Shown: one piece after another, positions 12,194 through 24,518 of the stretch | How positions within the stretch are numbered: the first letter of the stretch is position 1 | How the letters are laid out: the number at the start of each line of letters is the position of its first letter | Assembly (NCBI GenBank): GCA_016748015.1 | Contig: JAAOMT010000786.1 | Span: 623,814 to 687,813 of the forward strand | Direction of reading: 5' to 3' | DNA: 64,000 bases | From: Geosiphon pyriformis uo1 | Lineage: Eukaryota; Fungi; Glomeromycota | Program-made: the position numbers and the translations under genes | The notes under the pieces: generated by a model | Told to the model about the DNA's origin: nothing | The model's input: only the letters and a program-made list of their open reading frames with translations | The model's database searches: none

Positions 12194-15100
12194 TGATTGA
12201 CATCATTTGGAAGGTAGCTACATGTAATGTTCGAGATATGAACAATTTTGCAAAACAAGAAGACATTGTGCATTGGCACAAAGATTCATGCAATTTGGTT
12301 TATATTCTCATAGAAACAAAGTTGAAAGATAAAGCTTATCTTTGGTTGGCTAGCAAGTTTAATAGCGTTCATGTTTTCTCTTCTGGTTTGGCTTCTGGCT
12401 ACACTAAAGCTGGTGTTGTGATGATTTTGAACAATTCTTTAGCTAAGCATGTTAGTAAGATTTCTGAGATTCCTGGCCATCTTCTCTGCATTAAGTTACT
12501 TTTTAAGAACAAACTTTTGGTTTCTATCTTGGGGCTTTATGCTGGTGTTTTTTTGACTGCTCGGTTTTCTCAAGCTGCCAAAATCAATTCCTTAATTGCA
12601 AGGGCTGTTAATGAATCTTTTTTTGTTATTCTTGGTGGTGATTTCAATGAAGATGGTTCTTGGAAGTATGCCAGTCTCAAAAAATGCTTTGATTTGAATT
12701 TGGTTAACTCTCTGGAGGGGAGCTCTTTTGTAAAGTTACCTACTTGGTGCAACTCTCATGGTGTCACTAAGACAATTGATTACATGTTTATTTTATCTAA
12801 TTTAATTGGTGCGGTAGTAAATCGTAGTATGGCTGCTGTCAATGACTATTTTGATACCAATCATAAGGCTGTTTCTGTATCCATGGGTTTTGGTGATTTG
12901 CTAGATGTACAACTAAACTCTTTGCATAAACAGACAAATAGGGATCATTGGAAATATAATTTTATGAGTGCTGATAGTGCTAAGTGGATCAAATTCAAAA
13001 AAGATATGGCTGCAAATGCTGCCATGTTTTGTGATGAATTTGGTGCTGCTGGAAGGAGTTCAGATTTGGACTTAATATGGAATGCTCTCCACCAAGTAGT
13101 GTGCTTATCGGCAGAAAGTGTTTTTAAGAAGAAATAATTTAAGAGCTATGACAGTGTTTTTAATAGGGCATCCTCCAGATTTCACAAATTGGAACTTTTG
13201 GTGTTGAGAATTGTCAAGACCTCGCGTCTGGCTTTCTATGATGAGTTTGTTTCCCTACTTGGCTTATGGAGTGGCCTTGATTCTATCAATGCCTCTGTTG
13301 TTAAGTCTCTTTTTTTTTCAGATTCTCATTTTGATGCTATTTGGTTGGTTTTGGCCAAAATCAGAAAATCTTACCATTTGTCTAAGTTGTCGGAATTGGA
13401 CTGTGCTAGGGAGTCTCAGATCAGGTTGGCAATTGACAGAAGAATGGAGAGCTTTGAGTTGAACAAGGGTCATACTATTAGGAGTGTTTTGGAATGCCCT
13501 TTCTGCAAAGTAGTTTTAGACCATCTAGTGATGGGTGATGAGCTGATTTTGAAGCCTAATTTTGTAAAGTCTAAGATGGATGTGATTATAGAGGGTTGAA
13601 CTTAATCACATCAGGTGGTCACTGATGTCTTTAGTGATTGAAATCATCAATATCAACCTTTGAATTATGTTTTTGATAAAGTCTTTTCTGGTGTAATGAG
13701 TTTAATTAGTTTTGATAAGTTGTTTGGGGTGGTTTTTGGTCTGTCTGATGGCAAAGCTGCTGGCCTTTCTGGAATTTCAAATAAACTCTGGAAGCATTGT
13801 GATAGATTTGTTTTGGATATGCTTTTAGTGCTTTTAAACTCTTGTTTGTCATGTGAATCAGTGCCTTGCTCTTGGAAGAAGGCATGAGTCTCAATGATCT
13901 CTAAATTATATGAGTGGGAGGGTGTACTAACAAATACGTATCCTATTGCTTTGATTGAGACAGCTTATAAGATTTTTTCTGATCGGATTTCGTTGGCATG
14001 CAGCATGTTTAACGTTCTTTGTGGTGACAACTTTTCAGTTTTGAAGGGTACATCTACTCAGTCTCCCATTTTTGCAGTTGGTTCTATTATTGAAGATGCT
14101 CTAGAAAAAGACTGTAAGCTCTGGCTTGTTTTACAGGACATGAAGAAGGCGTATGACTCAGTTGGCTGGGAGCATCTCAGTAAATGTTTGGTTAGGATTA
14201 AAATGTGTAACAAGTTCATTTGGTTTTTCAGTGGTATTCATTGGGGTCGCACCAATTGAGTTATAACAGATTTTGGGCTGACAAGTGATTATCATGTGCA
14301 CAATGTTTTGGACCAAGAGGAAGTTTTTTCTCCTCTCTTGTAGCACATATTTTATAATCTTCTCTTGTACGAAGTCAAGTGATAGGAGAATGTGTGTGGG
14401 TACAGACTGAATTCCTATTTTATTTCCAAGAGTGGTCATGCTGAGTCTTAGGTTAGATTTTCTATGTTTTTTGCTGCTGGTGCCTTCATCAATGATACAA
14501 TTTGAATTGGTAGCAGTCTGAGGGCTACTCAACATATTCTCAATGTTGCTAGTGAATTTTTTTGAATCAATAACATTTCAATTAACAATAACAAGACAGT
14601 GGTCATCCCTATTAATAGCAGGGTCAGCAATCCTTCTCTTTTTATCAGTGGTTCACCCATTTCTATTGCCTGGAAGGAAGAGTCTCATCAATATTTGGGT
14701 ATTTTTTTCTCAACTAAGGACCTATTGAAACCTAGTTTGATTAAAGCCCATTCAGACATTCATTTTTTTACCAATCTGGTTCTAAGAAAGGCTATCACGG
14801 ATAAGCAGCTCTTGTATTTAGTTTTAGTGGTTCTCCATCCTATAGTCAGTTATAGGACCCAGTTTAGCTTTGTTCCTATTGGTGCATGCAACAAATGGGA
14901 TGCCATGATTCGCAAGACTTTAAAACTCAAATCTGGTCTGCCACTCAATTTTCCTGGTAATATGATTCACCACCCTTCCTTCTATGGTCTAAAGTCTTTT
15001 TTGCAGGTTCAATCTGAAGACAAAGTCATCTCTCTCATCAGTTTTGTGAACTCCAGTGGTATTTTGGGCCACTTATTTTCTCACAGATCTTATGACTTAC

Positions 15101-16869
15101 AAGTTTTATGTTGGCACTCTGTCCACCCATTGAGTTGTCTGGTTCGTATTTGTGTCAGTGCTTCTAATAACTTTTTGGCTGGCCTGGTTTGCATACTCTT
15201 TAATTGCAAGTTGTTTTTGGGTGGCTCTTTGGCCAATGCATTTCATTTTAATGGTGGGGTGCTCATGTTAGCTGTTCTTGGTGAGTCAAGATTTTTTAAG
15301 TTTCTCCTATCTCTCTGGTGTTATGGTATAGCTTTTATTGATTAGCTTTGTGATCATCATGGTTCTGTTTTTAGTTGGTATGCATTTAAGTGGTGGAAGA
15401 GGTTGGACCCCCACAGACCCATTTCTGATTGGTTTAGGCTTTCTGCTGCATTTCTCGATGGCATAACTTCTTCTTCTGCTCTTTCTTCAGTTTTGGATGA
15501 TGTTGGTCTTTTGAATATTTTTGGTTTTGGTGAATTTTTGTCTGTCTGTAATTGTCTCTCATGTGTTGAAACTGGTGGTTTATCTGTCTACACAGATGGA
15601 TCTTTGAGAAATCTGGGTATGATCAGCTGTAAAGCTGGAGCTGCTGCCTTTTTTGAGAATGTTGGTCTGGGTTTGGGCATTGGCATGTCAGGTTTAATGT
15701 CGTCCACCCTGGTTGAGCTACAAGCCATTGCTTTGGCCCTGGAATGCATCCTCTCTTCTAGTTCGGTTTGCCTGTTTTCAGATAGTCAATCTGCCTTAGA
15801 TGTGTGCAAAGTGGAATTGGGTCTTTTGCATTCTGATTTTCACAGTCAGTGTTGAGTTGAGTGTTGGCATATTGTTAACTTAATTCATAGGAAAAATTTA
15901 AGGGTTAGCTGGCATAAAGTCAAAGGTCATTTTGGTGTGGAAGAGAATAAGCAGGCTGATTTGATTGCTGGTTTTGACTCTCTTTCTAGTTGGTTTCTTC
16001 CTCCTTGCTTGGATGAGCACTTTTTGGTGACTGATGGTGTTGTGATTTCTGGTAATTCTAGACGTTTTGTCTGAGATGTTTTCTATTCTATTAGTCGTGC
16101 ACGTTGGGAAATAGGTTTGGAAGTTAAGTTTTTAACAAGTGATTTGATTTCTGAGATTGATTGGTCGCATTCTTCATTGGTGTGGCATTTGGATTTGCAT
16201 ATGGCTGCTGGTTTTACCAGCAGAGTCTCGGCTAATGCGTGCACTTATTTCATAAAGACTTTGCATCATCGACTGCCTGTGGCTGTTTGTAAGTGCCTTT
16301 ATAATAGGTTTTATCCTAGTGTTTTGTGTTTGTATTGCAGTGAAGTGGAGGTGTCAGATCATGTGTTTTCTTGTGGAGTCAATGATTCTGCTTGGCGTCA
16401 GTTATTAGAATTCCATGTGAAGTCTTAGAAGACACTTTCTGGATTGTCTCATTTTTTGTCAAGTGTGTTGCGTTTGTTGTCATCTTGTGTCTCTGGTTCT
16501 TCAGTGTTGGTGGCTTTTCATAAAGGTTTTGTTTTTAATGATTGGTTTTGCAAGACTGTTTTTGTCTTTCATGACTCTAAGATGGCTGGTTTAAAGGTTG
16601 TCGAGTTTGCATGTTCTCTTGGTTTTGCTTTTAGGGATGATATTTGGTTGGTTTGTGCAAAACATTGTACATATATAGAAAAAAACAGGTTGATTCCTCT
16701 AGATGGTTTGATTCCTATTTCATTGCCTGGTTTGTCTTCAAAGTTTTCTGCTGGTGTGGTCAATTTGCTGGGAACAATTGAGGCTTTTGGTATTAGCTTT
16801 GGTTATCACAAGTGTTGCTTATTTTTTTCTGGTATTGGTAACTCAGTTTCTGTTTATATAGTTATATAG
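12193..16869 (+). pseudogene. LINE ORF2: APE endonuclease, RT, RNase H, C-terminal zinc finger
   Basis: APE: ATCNVR, ETK, GDFN, TIDY, TNH. RT: LQDMKKAYDSV, AFINDT. RNase H: VYTDGS, ELQAI, FSDSQ, KVKGH..N..AD. Zinc finger: CLYC..DHVFSC. Many in-frame stops. Confidence 0.93.
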
Positions 16870-17202
16870 TGTTGTTCTGACTGGCCCGAGTGGCTGGTCA
16901 CATGTAGAAAATACATGATTCGTGCCTACTTTAGATTATTTCTTTGATGTATAGCAGTAGGTAGCATTTGGACCTCACTCATTAATTAAAAAAAAAATAA
17001 CTAATAATATTTAAAAAATATATTTTATTATTAAAATTAATATTTAAAAATTATCTGGTTGGTTCTGAGTTGGTGAACTTTCTTGGTAAAGCAAAGTTTT
17101 CAAATAAGATATATATTTGGTTATAATATTATTTTAAATTTTAATATATATATTTTACTAATATTTTTATGAATTTTTAAAAACCAAATATATATATATA
17201 TA

Positions 17203-18511
17203 TTTTTATATTTAATAAGTAAGATTCAAATATTATTTAATATAATACATTAAACTAAAAGTGAATTATGCATTTACTATATATAACCAGTTATTCAAAT
17301 TAATTAAGACAATACTATGTATTTATATATATAAAAACCAAATTTTTTATATTCAAAAAGAACAAACATGATTTAAATATGCCAAAATTCACTTTAAAAG
17401 CTTTAATAATTTTTAGCAACTTAATTATACAATTAAATAATACAAATAACAAACTAATAGTAACTATTAATATAGTTTTATTATATAAAATTAGACTATT
17501 TTTTTCTATTAAAACTTAATACTTAAAGCAAACAAGTTATATATTATTTCTAAAAGCCAGTTTAAAATTATGTACAAAGTTAATAATTTTACAATTAATA
17601 ATTCTTAAAAATTAAAAGAGCTTTCTAAAATTAATTCTTAAAAATAATTTTTTTACATAAAACTATATATACATTAATATTAAAAAAACACAAAAAAAAC
17701 AATTAAAAAACACATAAAATAATCTAAGTTGACTAAAAGACACTTTTTAGGTTGTTATATAAATATTTAACAGTTTTTTATAAACTTTATTATCTATTTT
17801 GCAAAAAAAAACATGATTTAAAAATTGATATCTTTATAAAATAAATACACAATATTATAATAATATTTATTATATATATATTTATGTACAGTTATTAGTA
17901 CTCTGTAATATAAAATTTTTATAAAATAAGAATATATCCAATTAAAGCTTTGCTTATAAATCTAGTTAATATATGTAAATTAGAATACTATACTTATAAT
18001 AATTTAACTTAATTTATATTCTCAAATAAACTGGTTTTTAAGATTCTAAATTTAGATTTGATTTCTTAACAAATAAAATAAATTGTCTAAAAAATCACAT
18101 AAATAAAATGTTTTGTATTCTTTAAAACCATTTTATTACTAATCTTAATAAAACATTTTTATATATAAACCAAAAACATTATATTTAAAAATAAGACTGT
18201 ACTTGCCAATAAATCAGCTTTTTTATTGTCCAAAACATTCGAATAATTCTTAATCTTATGCTAATTTATACATAAATTCTTCTTTTAAATAATATTTATT
18301 ATATATTAGTGTTTAATCCAAAAATAATTATAAAGATTTAGTAATACCAAATTTAATTTTAAGTCATATATATTTAAAACTGCTTGGTTATTAGAAAACA
18401 AATTAACTATACAAAAAAAAACATATTTTAAAGTAAATACAATAGCTTATAACTCAATTATAGTAAAAGAAATTAATTTAGATATTTTAATACCTAATTC
18501 CAAATTTACAT
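17203..18511 (-). mobile_element. Very decayed LINE copy D, 3' part (RNase H, zinc finger, 3'UTR)
   Basis: The minus strand reads LELGIKISKLISFTIIEL*AI, NLFSNNQAVL, *HKIKNYSNVLDNKKADLLA and YFIKILYYRVLITVHK, colinear with ORF2 of copy C. A degenerate 3'UTR lies at ~17210-17330. Confidence 0.8.
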
Positions 18512-19044
18512 TATTATTCATAAAAAAAGTACAAGTAAAAAAAACAGATAAAAAAATAAATCAATAGAAAAATAGAACTTAGCAAGTAAGCATAATGTTA
18601 AAAAATTATGACATATTGCTTAGCAATATATATATTGTTAATAAATTATGGCATACTATTTAGCAATGAACATATTGTTAAAAAATTATGATACATTGTT
18701 CAGCAATAAACATATTGTCAGAGAAAATAAGATATATTGCTCAAAAAAATGTGAGATCTTATATAACAAAAATTATGTATATATAATAAGAATATTAAAA
18801 ACAGAAAAAACAAAATTGATATTGACAATCAATTAAAACCTATTAATTACTTAATATCTCTCCTTTCAAAAGATAGTTTTTTACAACTTGAAATAGAATC
18901 AGACTATATATTAATAAAATATTAATTATTACCTAAAATCTATGTTATTATCACTTGATTAAAAAATATTAATTAATTCTATGCTATCAATACTCAATGT
19001 TAATAAAATCCAATACTTAATTATACTAGACCAATAGCTCTTGA
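18512..19044 (+). mobile_element. Old family-1-related solo LTR, 5' half
   Basis: Starts TATTATTCATAAAAA (transition-decayed TGTTACTCATAGAAA). Carries the TATA block AATTATGTATATATA..AACAGAAAA and CAATAGCTCTTGAT, as in LTR 23631-24498. Left flank ACAT. Confidence 0.75.
18579..18740 (+). repeat. 40-bp tandem repeat x4 in U3 of the old LTR
   Basis: Units start at 18579, 18620, 18660 and 18700. Consensus is approximately TTAGCAATAAACATATTGTTAAAAAATTATGACATATTGC. Confidence 0.85.
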
Positions 19045-19792
19045 TGATTATTTAGGGTCTTAAAGCAAATAACAAATCCATAACTTGGTGCTCAATTGAT
19101 GATGTTGGTTTCTGAAATATTGTTATCTAAAGGTTTTGGTTAAGTCCTTGGTATAATGGACAGAAATTCAATAGTTGTTTATTTATAGCTTCTCAGAATT
19201 GCAATTCTGTCAATTTTTTTTTTCAGCTTGATGGCCAGTATTCTTCTGATAAGTAATCCATAATTCTTTTATATGTTCTACCCACTCACAGAGGTCTTTT
19301 ACCAGGCAATTTTTGACATCAATAACTCAGTGCTTTAATCCTTTAATCAATTAGTACACAACAAAAAAAATAAAAAAATAAAAAAAAAAAATAAAAAAAA
19401 TAAAAAAATAAGCCAAGGCAATAAAAGTTAGTATTCTGTCAATAGCCATGATCAAGAGCTATTGTTCTAGTGTGGTTAAGTATTAATTTCTATCAACATA
19501 AAGTGTTGATATAGGAGAGTAGATTTGAGATAGTGAATAATTATTTATTTGATATTTGTGATGTAAAAGATTGCTTAGATCAAATCTAAACTGCAAAGTC
19601 TGTTTTTTTTACTTCTAATGCTACCAATATATATACATAATTGAGATTCCTCAATTTTTTACACCAGGAATTCTGAGATTTCTGAAATTTTGCAATTTCT
19701 TTGAGAGGAATTCTGGAATTCTATATTTATTACAGCTATTTTTGATTGGCTAATTTATATGCTAATATACTTCCTATATTCTATGAATAACA
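19045..19792 (-). repeat. 3' LTR of element 1a (outer ~10 bp deleted)
   Basis: Direct repeat of 48146-48969 with an internal deletion in the repeat array. Confidence 0.9.
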
Positions 19793-19806
19793 TTATTTCT
19801 TTTTCT

Positions 19807-20435
19807 TTAATATTGAGCTTTGTCAAGATTTTCTAATTCTAATTCTTCATCTTTGAGTATTTCTTGAACTTTTTTTTCAAGAATTACCTGTGCTATTTTG
19901 TTCTGTAATTCTTCAAATTGAGTGTTGGTTATTTTTCCCATTTAGTTAATAGTAATAGAGTTCATTTCTGGATTGAGTAAGATTCTGGTTGATCTTGAAA
20001 TCTAGTGTGTAGCCAATAAATGGCTCTTGCTTATGTGATCAAATTGTTTTTTTCCACAAATTGTTTCAATTGTTGCAGTATTGTTGAGTCAAATAATTGT
20101 TTTGTTTTATCTGTATACAAGTCTTAAATATTCAAGTATTGTCCCAAATAAAAGTAGCAAAAGTTTTTTGGAAATTGTTGTATCTACCAATTTCAAGTTT
20201 CTATAGTCAACTTTTAATATTGGGTAACTTTTGGTTGTGTTTCTATTGCCAATTTCACTTTTGTAATTATTTTGTTCACAATGTTTTCTGTTTTCTTTTA
20301 TATTTTATCTCGTGGTTTTTTTCTGGTGTTTGTGTATCTGATAGTTTGTTGGTTGATTGTAATTTCGATTTTTTGTTGTTGAATCAGTTAAAAAAGTTGT
20401 TGTGCTAGTAAGTGAATGCCATCAGTAATCTCCAT
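19807..20435 (-). pseudogene. ORF3 of element 1a, unknown function
   Basis: Starts ATG GAG ATT ACT GAT (MEITD) and ends AQY*. Homologous to 32262-32891. Confidence 0.8.
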
Positions 20436-20489
20436 TTTTTTTCTGTTGTCTTTTGTTATGTATACTATATCTTTATATACTTTTTTGGT

Positions 20490-21874
20490 TGTTCAATTTT
20501 ATGTATTTGGTTCAATGATTATAATTGGTTCTAGATCTTGTGGAATCTCATCTGGTTTGACTAATATTCTCTGTACTCCTAATTGTAAAATATTATTGAT
20601 AGATGATGATGCTATATAGTAATATTGTTTTAGTCAATCACTATGTGCTGCTTTGGTTAAGATTTTGTTGTTCAACCTTAATTTATAAGCTCTATTTCCA
20701 AGAATTTCTTCTATGTGAAATGGTCTGTCTCATTTAGGATCAAATTTTCTACTCCATTGTTTTTTTACTTTAATATAATATAAAAGTACTTTGTTTCCAA
20801 TTTTGAATTTAACTGGTTTTTCTGGTAGTTGGTTATTGTGTTTTTTTTTTGTTTTTCTTGTGACTTTTGGATGTTATTAGCTGCTCTTTGCTGTGTGTTT
20901 TCTAGTATCTCTATTAAGTCATATGTTCTTTTCAACAATGTTCTTTGAAAATTTTCTTCTGTTATTGATTCTGTTAGATATGTTTTGACTTCTATCTCAA
21001 CTGATAAGGTTGCTGTTCTACCATATACTAATTTGAATGGTGTTGCTTGTATAGTGTCTTGCTTTATTGTCTGATAAGCAAATAATACTAATGGTATAAT
21101 TAAATCCCATTCGTTCTGGTTTTTTTGACTGATTTTGACAATGGCTTCACACAATGTTCTGTTAAATCTTTCAACTAACTCATTTGTTTGTAGATAGTAT
21201 GGTGATAATAATAGTTTTTTGATTCCAAATCTTTGACTTAATTCTGCTAGTATTCTATTTACAAAGTGAATTCCTTGATCTGATAATAGTTCTTTTAGAC
21301 ATCTATGTTAATATATCAAATCTTGATGAACGAATTTGACAATGGATTCTACATCTGCTCTTTGAATGGCTTTTGCTTCTGGCTATTTTGTGAGATAATC
21401 TATGACTATTGCAATATATCTGTTGTTTCTACTGGTTATTGTTAATGGTCTGACTAAGTCAATTCCAATGTGATCAAATGGTTGTTCTATTTTGATTAGT
21501 CTCAATAGTTTACTGGATTTTGTTCCTCCTTTTTTCTGACAAGCATCACAATTTTGCACATATTAGATAATATCTGGATATATTAATGGCCAATAGTATC
21601 TTTTTCTGGTTCTTTTTATGGTTGTTTTTTTATGAAAATATCCTGCTGTTGGGTCTGAATACATGTTGAATAATATTATCTCTTTCTCTGGTTCTGTGAT
21701 TACTCTGGTTGGTTGATCTGGATTTTTTTTGTTTTTCTGGTAAAATATATTTTGATGGTTGATAAAATATTTTGATTGTTGTTTGATATGGCTTCATTTT
21801 TTTGAAGATAATTTTTCCTTAAACTGCCGAATATTTATATAATATTTAAGTTGTTAGTATTTCTGTATATTCAT
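20490..21874 (-). pseudogene. Integrase ORF of element 1a
   Basis: ATG MNIQKY at 21874; CEAIVKISQK..VLFAY..TPFKLVYGR. Confidence 0.85.
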
Positions 21875-21906
21875 TTTTTGTTATATTTTTTTGGGTTGAA
21901 ATGTTT

Positions 21907-23630
21907 TTAGATTTGTCTCATTCACGACAAACCATTGGCATTCCTATTGTCTTTTCTCTTTTTATAATATACTGTGAATATATATGGTGATAGTACTATT
22001 TTCCATCTTGCATGGTAATCATCTCCAAATTCTTGCTTTTAGATTGCAGTTAATCTCTTGTAATCAGTGTACACATCAAACTTTTGACTCAAGTATTCTT
22101 TCCATTTGGTAATAGCCCAATAGATAGCTAAGTGTTTAAATGCTGAAGTTCTATAGTTTTTTTCAGCTGGATTTAAGCTTTTGCTAGCATATGCTACTGG
22201 ATGTTTTCTTCTATCTGAACTTTTTTGCAATAATACTACTCCTAATGCTTGGCCTGATGTATCAGTGGTAATGATGAATAGTTTGCTGTGATCTGGATAC
22301 ATCAACACTAAAGCTTGAATAAGCTTTCTTCTTAATATATTGAAGACTTCTTGCTGGTTTTTTGTTCATTCATATTTGGTGTTTTTTGATTGAAGCTGGT
22401 ATAATGGCTGAGCCAGTTTAGAAAAATCTTTAATAAAGTGACAATAGTATCCAGCAAATCCCAAGAATGCTCTTAGTTCTGTCAAGTTGGTTGATACTGG
22501 AAAGTTCTTGACCACTTCAATTTTGTCTGGATTTATTTTGATACTATTTTTGTTTACAATATGTCCCAAAAACTTGAGTTCCGTTTTTCCAAAGAAACAT
22601 TTGGTTGTATTTAGCTTTAATCCGGCTCTTCTTAGTCTTTCAAACACTTGTTGGAAATAATGTAGATGATCATTGAATGTTTTTGAGAACATATTAGTGT
22701 TATCCAAATATACGACTACTGATTTTTATAGCAGTTTCATATAGACAATTTCCATCAGCTGTTGAAATGTGGCTGGAGTATTTATTAAACCAAATGGCAT
22801 TACTTCAAATTCAAAGTTTTCTTCCCAAGTTGTAAAAGCTGTTTTCTTCTTGTCTTCTGGTTTCATGATTATTTGCCAATAACTGCTGTCTAAGTTTAAA
22901 GTTGAGAACCATTTTTTTCCTTCAAAAGCATTGAATAGTTCTTGAATTTTTGGAGTTGGGTAGCTATTATTTTTGATTACTTCATTTAATTTCCAGTAAT
23001 CCACACAAAAGTGTACTTTTCCATTCTTCTTACAGACTAGTACTATTGGTGACAACTATGGGCTTATTGATGGCTGAATTAATCCATTGTCGAACATTCG
23101 ATTGATTTCTTAATGAATAATCTCATGGCTGGCTGGTAGTACTCTGTATGTTCTCTGTTTAATTGGCATTGCATCTCCAGTCTTAATTTGGTGTTGGATA
23201 ATGTCAGTTCTGCCAAATTCGTTTTTACTGGCAAAGATGTTATTAAAATTGTTGAATAACATTTTGAGCTGCATATGTTGTAGTGGATCTAAGTTTTTCA
23301 TGTTTATTTGTTCCAATTGTTCTGGTTAGAGCAAATAACATTTGTTTCATCCATATATTGTTTGTGATATAATATCCACATATTCACAAAGTTGTGGAAA
23401 GTCTGGAATGGTGTCTGACAGTTGGTCTTCAATTTCAGTGGTTAAGTATCCAATAGTGGTTCCTTCTGGTATCTTGATGACATTTTTCATGTTGTTGTAA
23501 ATGAGAATTTTGATATAACTGTGGTTCTTAACTGGTATGTGTAGATTGACTAATCCAATTTCTCTTAATTTACAAAGTATTGCTTCTGCCTCAAAAATCT
23601 GAACCTAATTCTTTACTTTTCTCTCTATGG
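21907..23630 (-). pseudogene. RT and RNase H of element 1a
   Basis: SPIVLV..FCVDY, VMPFGLINTPATFQ, YLDN, FLGH, TTDTSG..HPVAYAS, VYTD. Confidence 0.92.
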
Positions 23631-24498
23631 TGTTACTTATAGAAATATAGGAAATATATTAGCATAATTATTAGCCAATCAGAAGTAAGCATAGTAAATG
23701 TGGAATTCCAAGATTCCTCTCAGGAATTGCAGGATTCCAGAAATTTCAGGATTCCCGACAAGGAATTGCAGGATTCCAGAATTCTAGGATTCCTCTCAAA
23801 GGAATTGCAGGATTCCAGGAATTCCAGAATTCCTGTCGTGAAGAATCGGGAAATTGAGGAATCCCAATTATGTATATATAGTGGTAGTGTTAGAAACAGA
23901 AAAGACAGAATTGATACCACAGAATCTTTAGCCAAGAAACAAAATTATCAAATAAATAATTATTCCATATCTCAATTCACTCTCCACTATCAACACTTCA
24001 TGTTGATAGTAATTGATACTTAACCACACTGGAACAATAGCTCTTGATTATGGCTATTGACAGAATACTAATCTGCCAAACCACCTGGGCTTATTTCTTT
24101 TCTTTCTTTATTTTCTTGTATTTTCTTTTCTTTATTTTATTTGATTTGATTGTTGTGTATACTAATTGATTAAAAGATTAAGCACTGAGTTATTGACATC
24201 AAAGATAGCCTGGTAAAAGACCCAAAAATAAGGATAGGATTTTATATATTATCAGATAGCTTACTAGAAAGACACAACTGCCAGACTAAATCTGGCCACC
24301 ACACTGAGAAAGAAATTGGGAAAACAACTTAAGAATACAACCACTATCAACCTTATTGAATCTCTGTCCATTATACAAAAGACTCAACCAAAATCTTCAG
24401 ATAACAATACCTTTAGAACATTATCAACGGAACTAGCTTTAAGCACTAAGTTATGGGTTTGTTATTTAATTCAACAGCCAAAATACTCACCTGTAACA
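23631..24498 (+). repeat. 5' LTR of element 1b
   Basis: Direct repeat of 32905-33772 with inverted termini TGTTAC/GTAACA. CCAAT at ~23675 and TATATATA at ~23873. Confidence 0.97.
23699..23866 (+). repeat. GGAATT(G/C)CAGGATTCC-type tandem array in U3
   Basis: Repeated GGAATTCC/GGATTCC quasi-palindromes between the CCAAT and TATA motifs. Also present in the other 1a/1b LTRs. Confidence 0.9.
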
Positions 24499-24500
24499 TT

Positions 24501-24517
24501 TGGTGCTTCCTGTGAGG
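24501..24517 (+). promoter_or_regulatory. Primer-binding site (possibly elongator tRNA-Met)
   Basis: TGGTGCTTCCTGTGAGG lies 2 nt after the LTR. Element 1a has TAGTGCTCCTTGTGAGG. The tRNA identity is tentative. Confidence 0.8.
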
Positions 24518-24518
24518 T

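Larger units (their letters stand above)
10164..16997 (+). mobile_element. Full-length LINE copy C (~6.8 kb), pseudogenised
   Basis: ORF1, ORF2, 3'UTR and poly(A) at 16988-16997 are present. TSD AATAACTAATA(T/A)TATTT at 10147-10163 and 16996-17012 (16/17 identical). Confidence 0.95.

Noticed and set aside
12193-16869. Stop-codon reassignment or alternative genetic code
   Set aside because: Stops replace Q, W and R through single transitions and fall at different positions in different copies. This is mutation, not recoding.
18579-18740. CRISPR-like array (also 60636-60965)
   Set aside because: The units are contiguous tandem repeats with no unique spacers and no cas genes, in a eukaryotic TE context.
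23700-24023. Repetitive ORF MEFQDSSQELQDSRN (also 32974-33297 and the antisense ORFs)
   Set aside because: It is a translation of the U3 tandem array, starts at GTG upstream of the TATA box, and is absent from the related old LTR.
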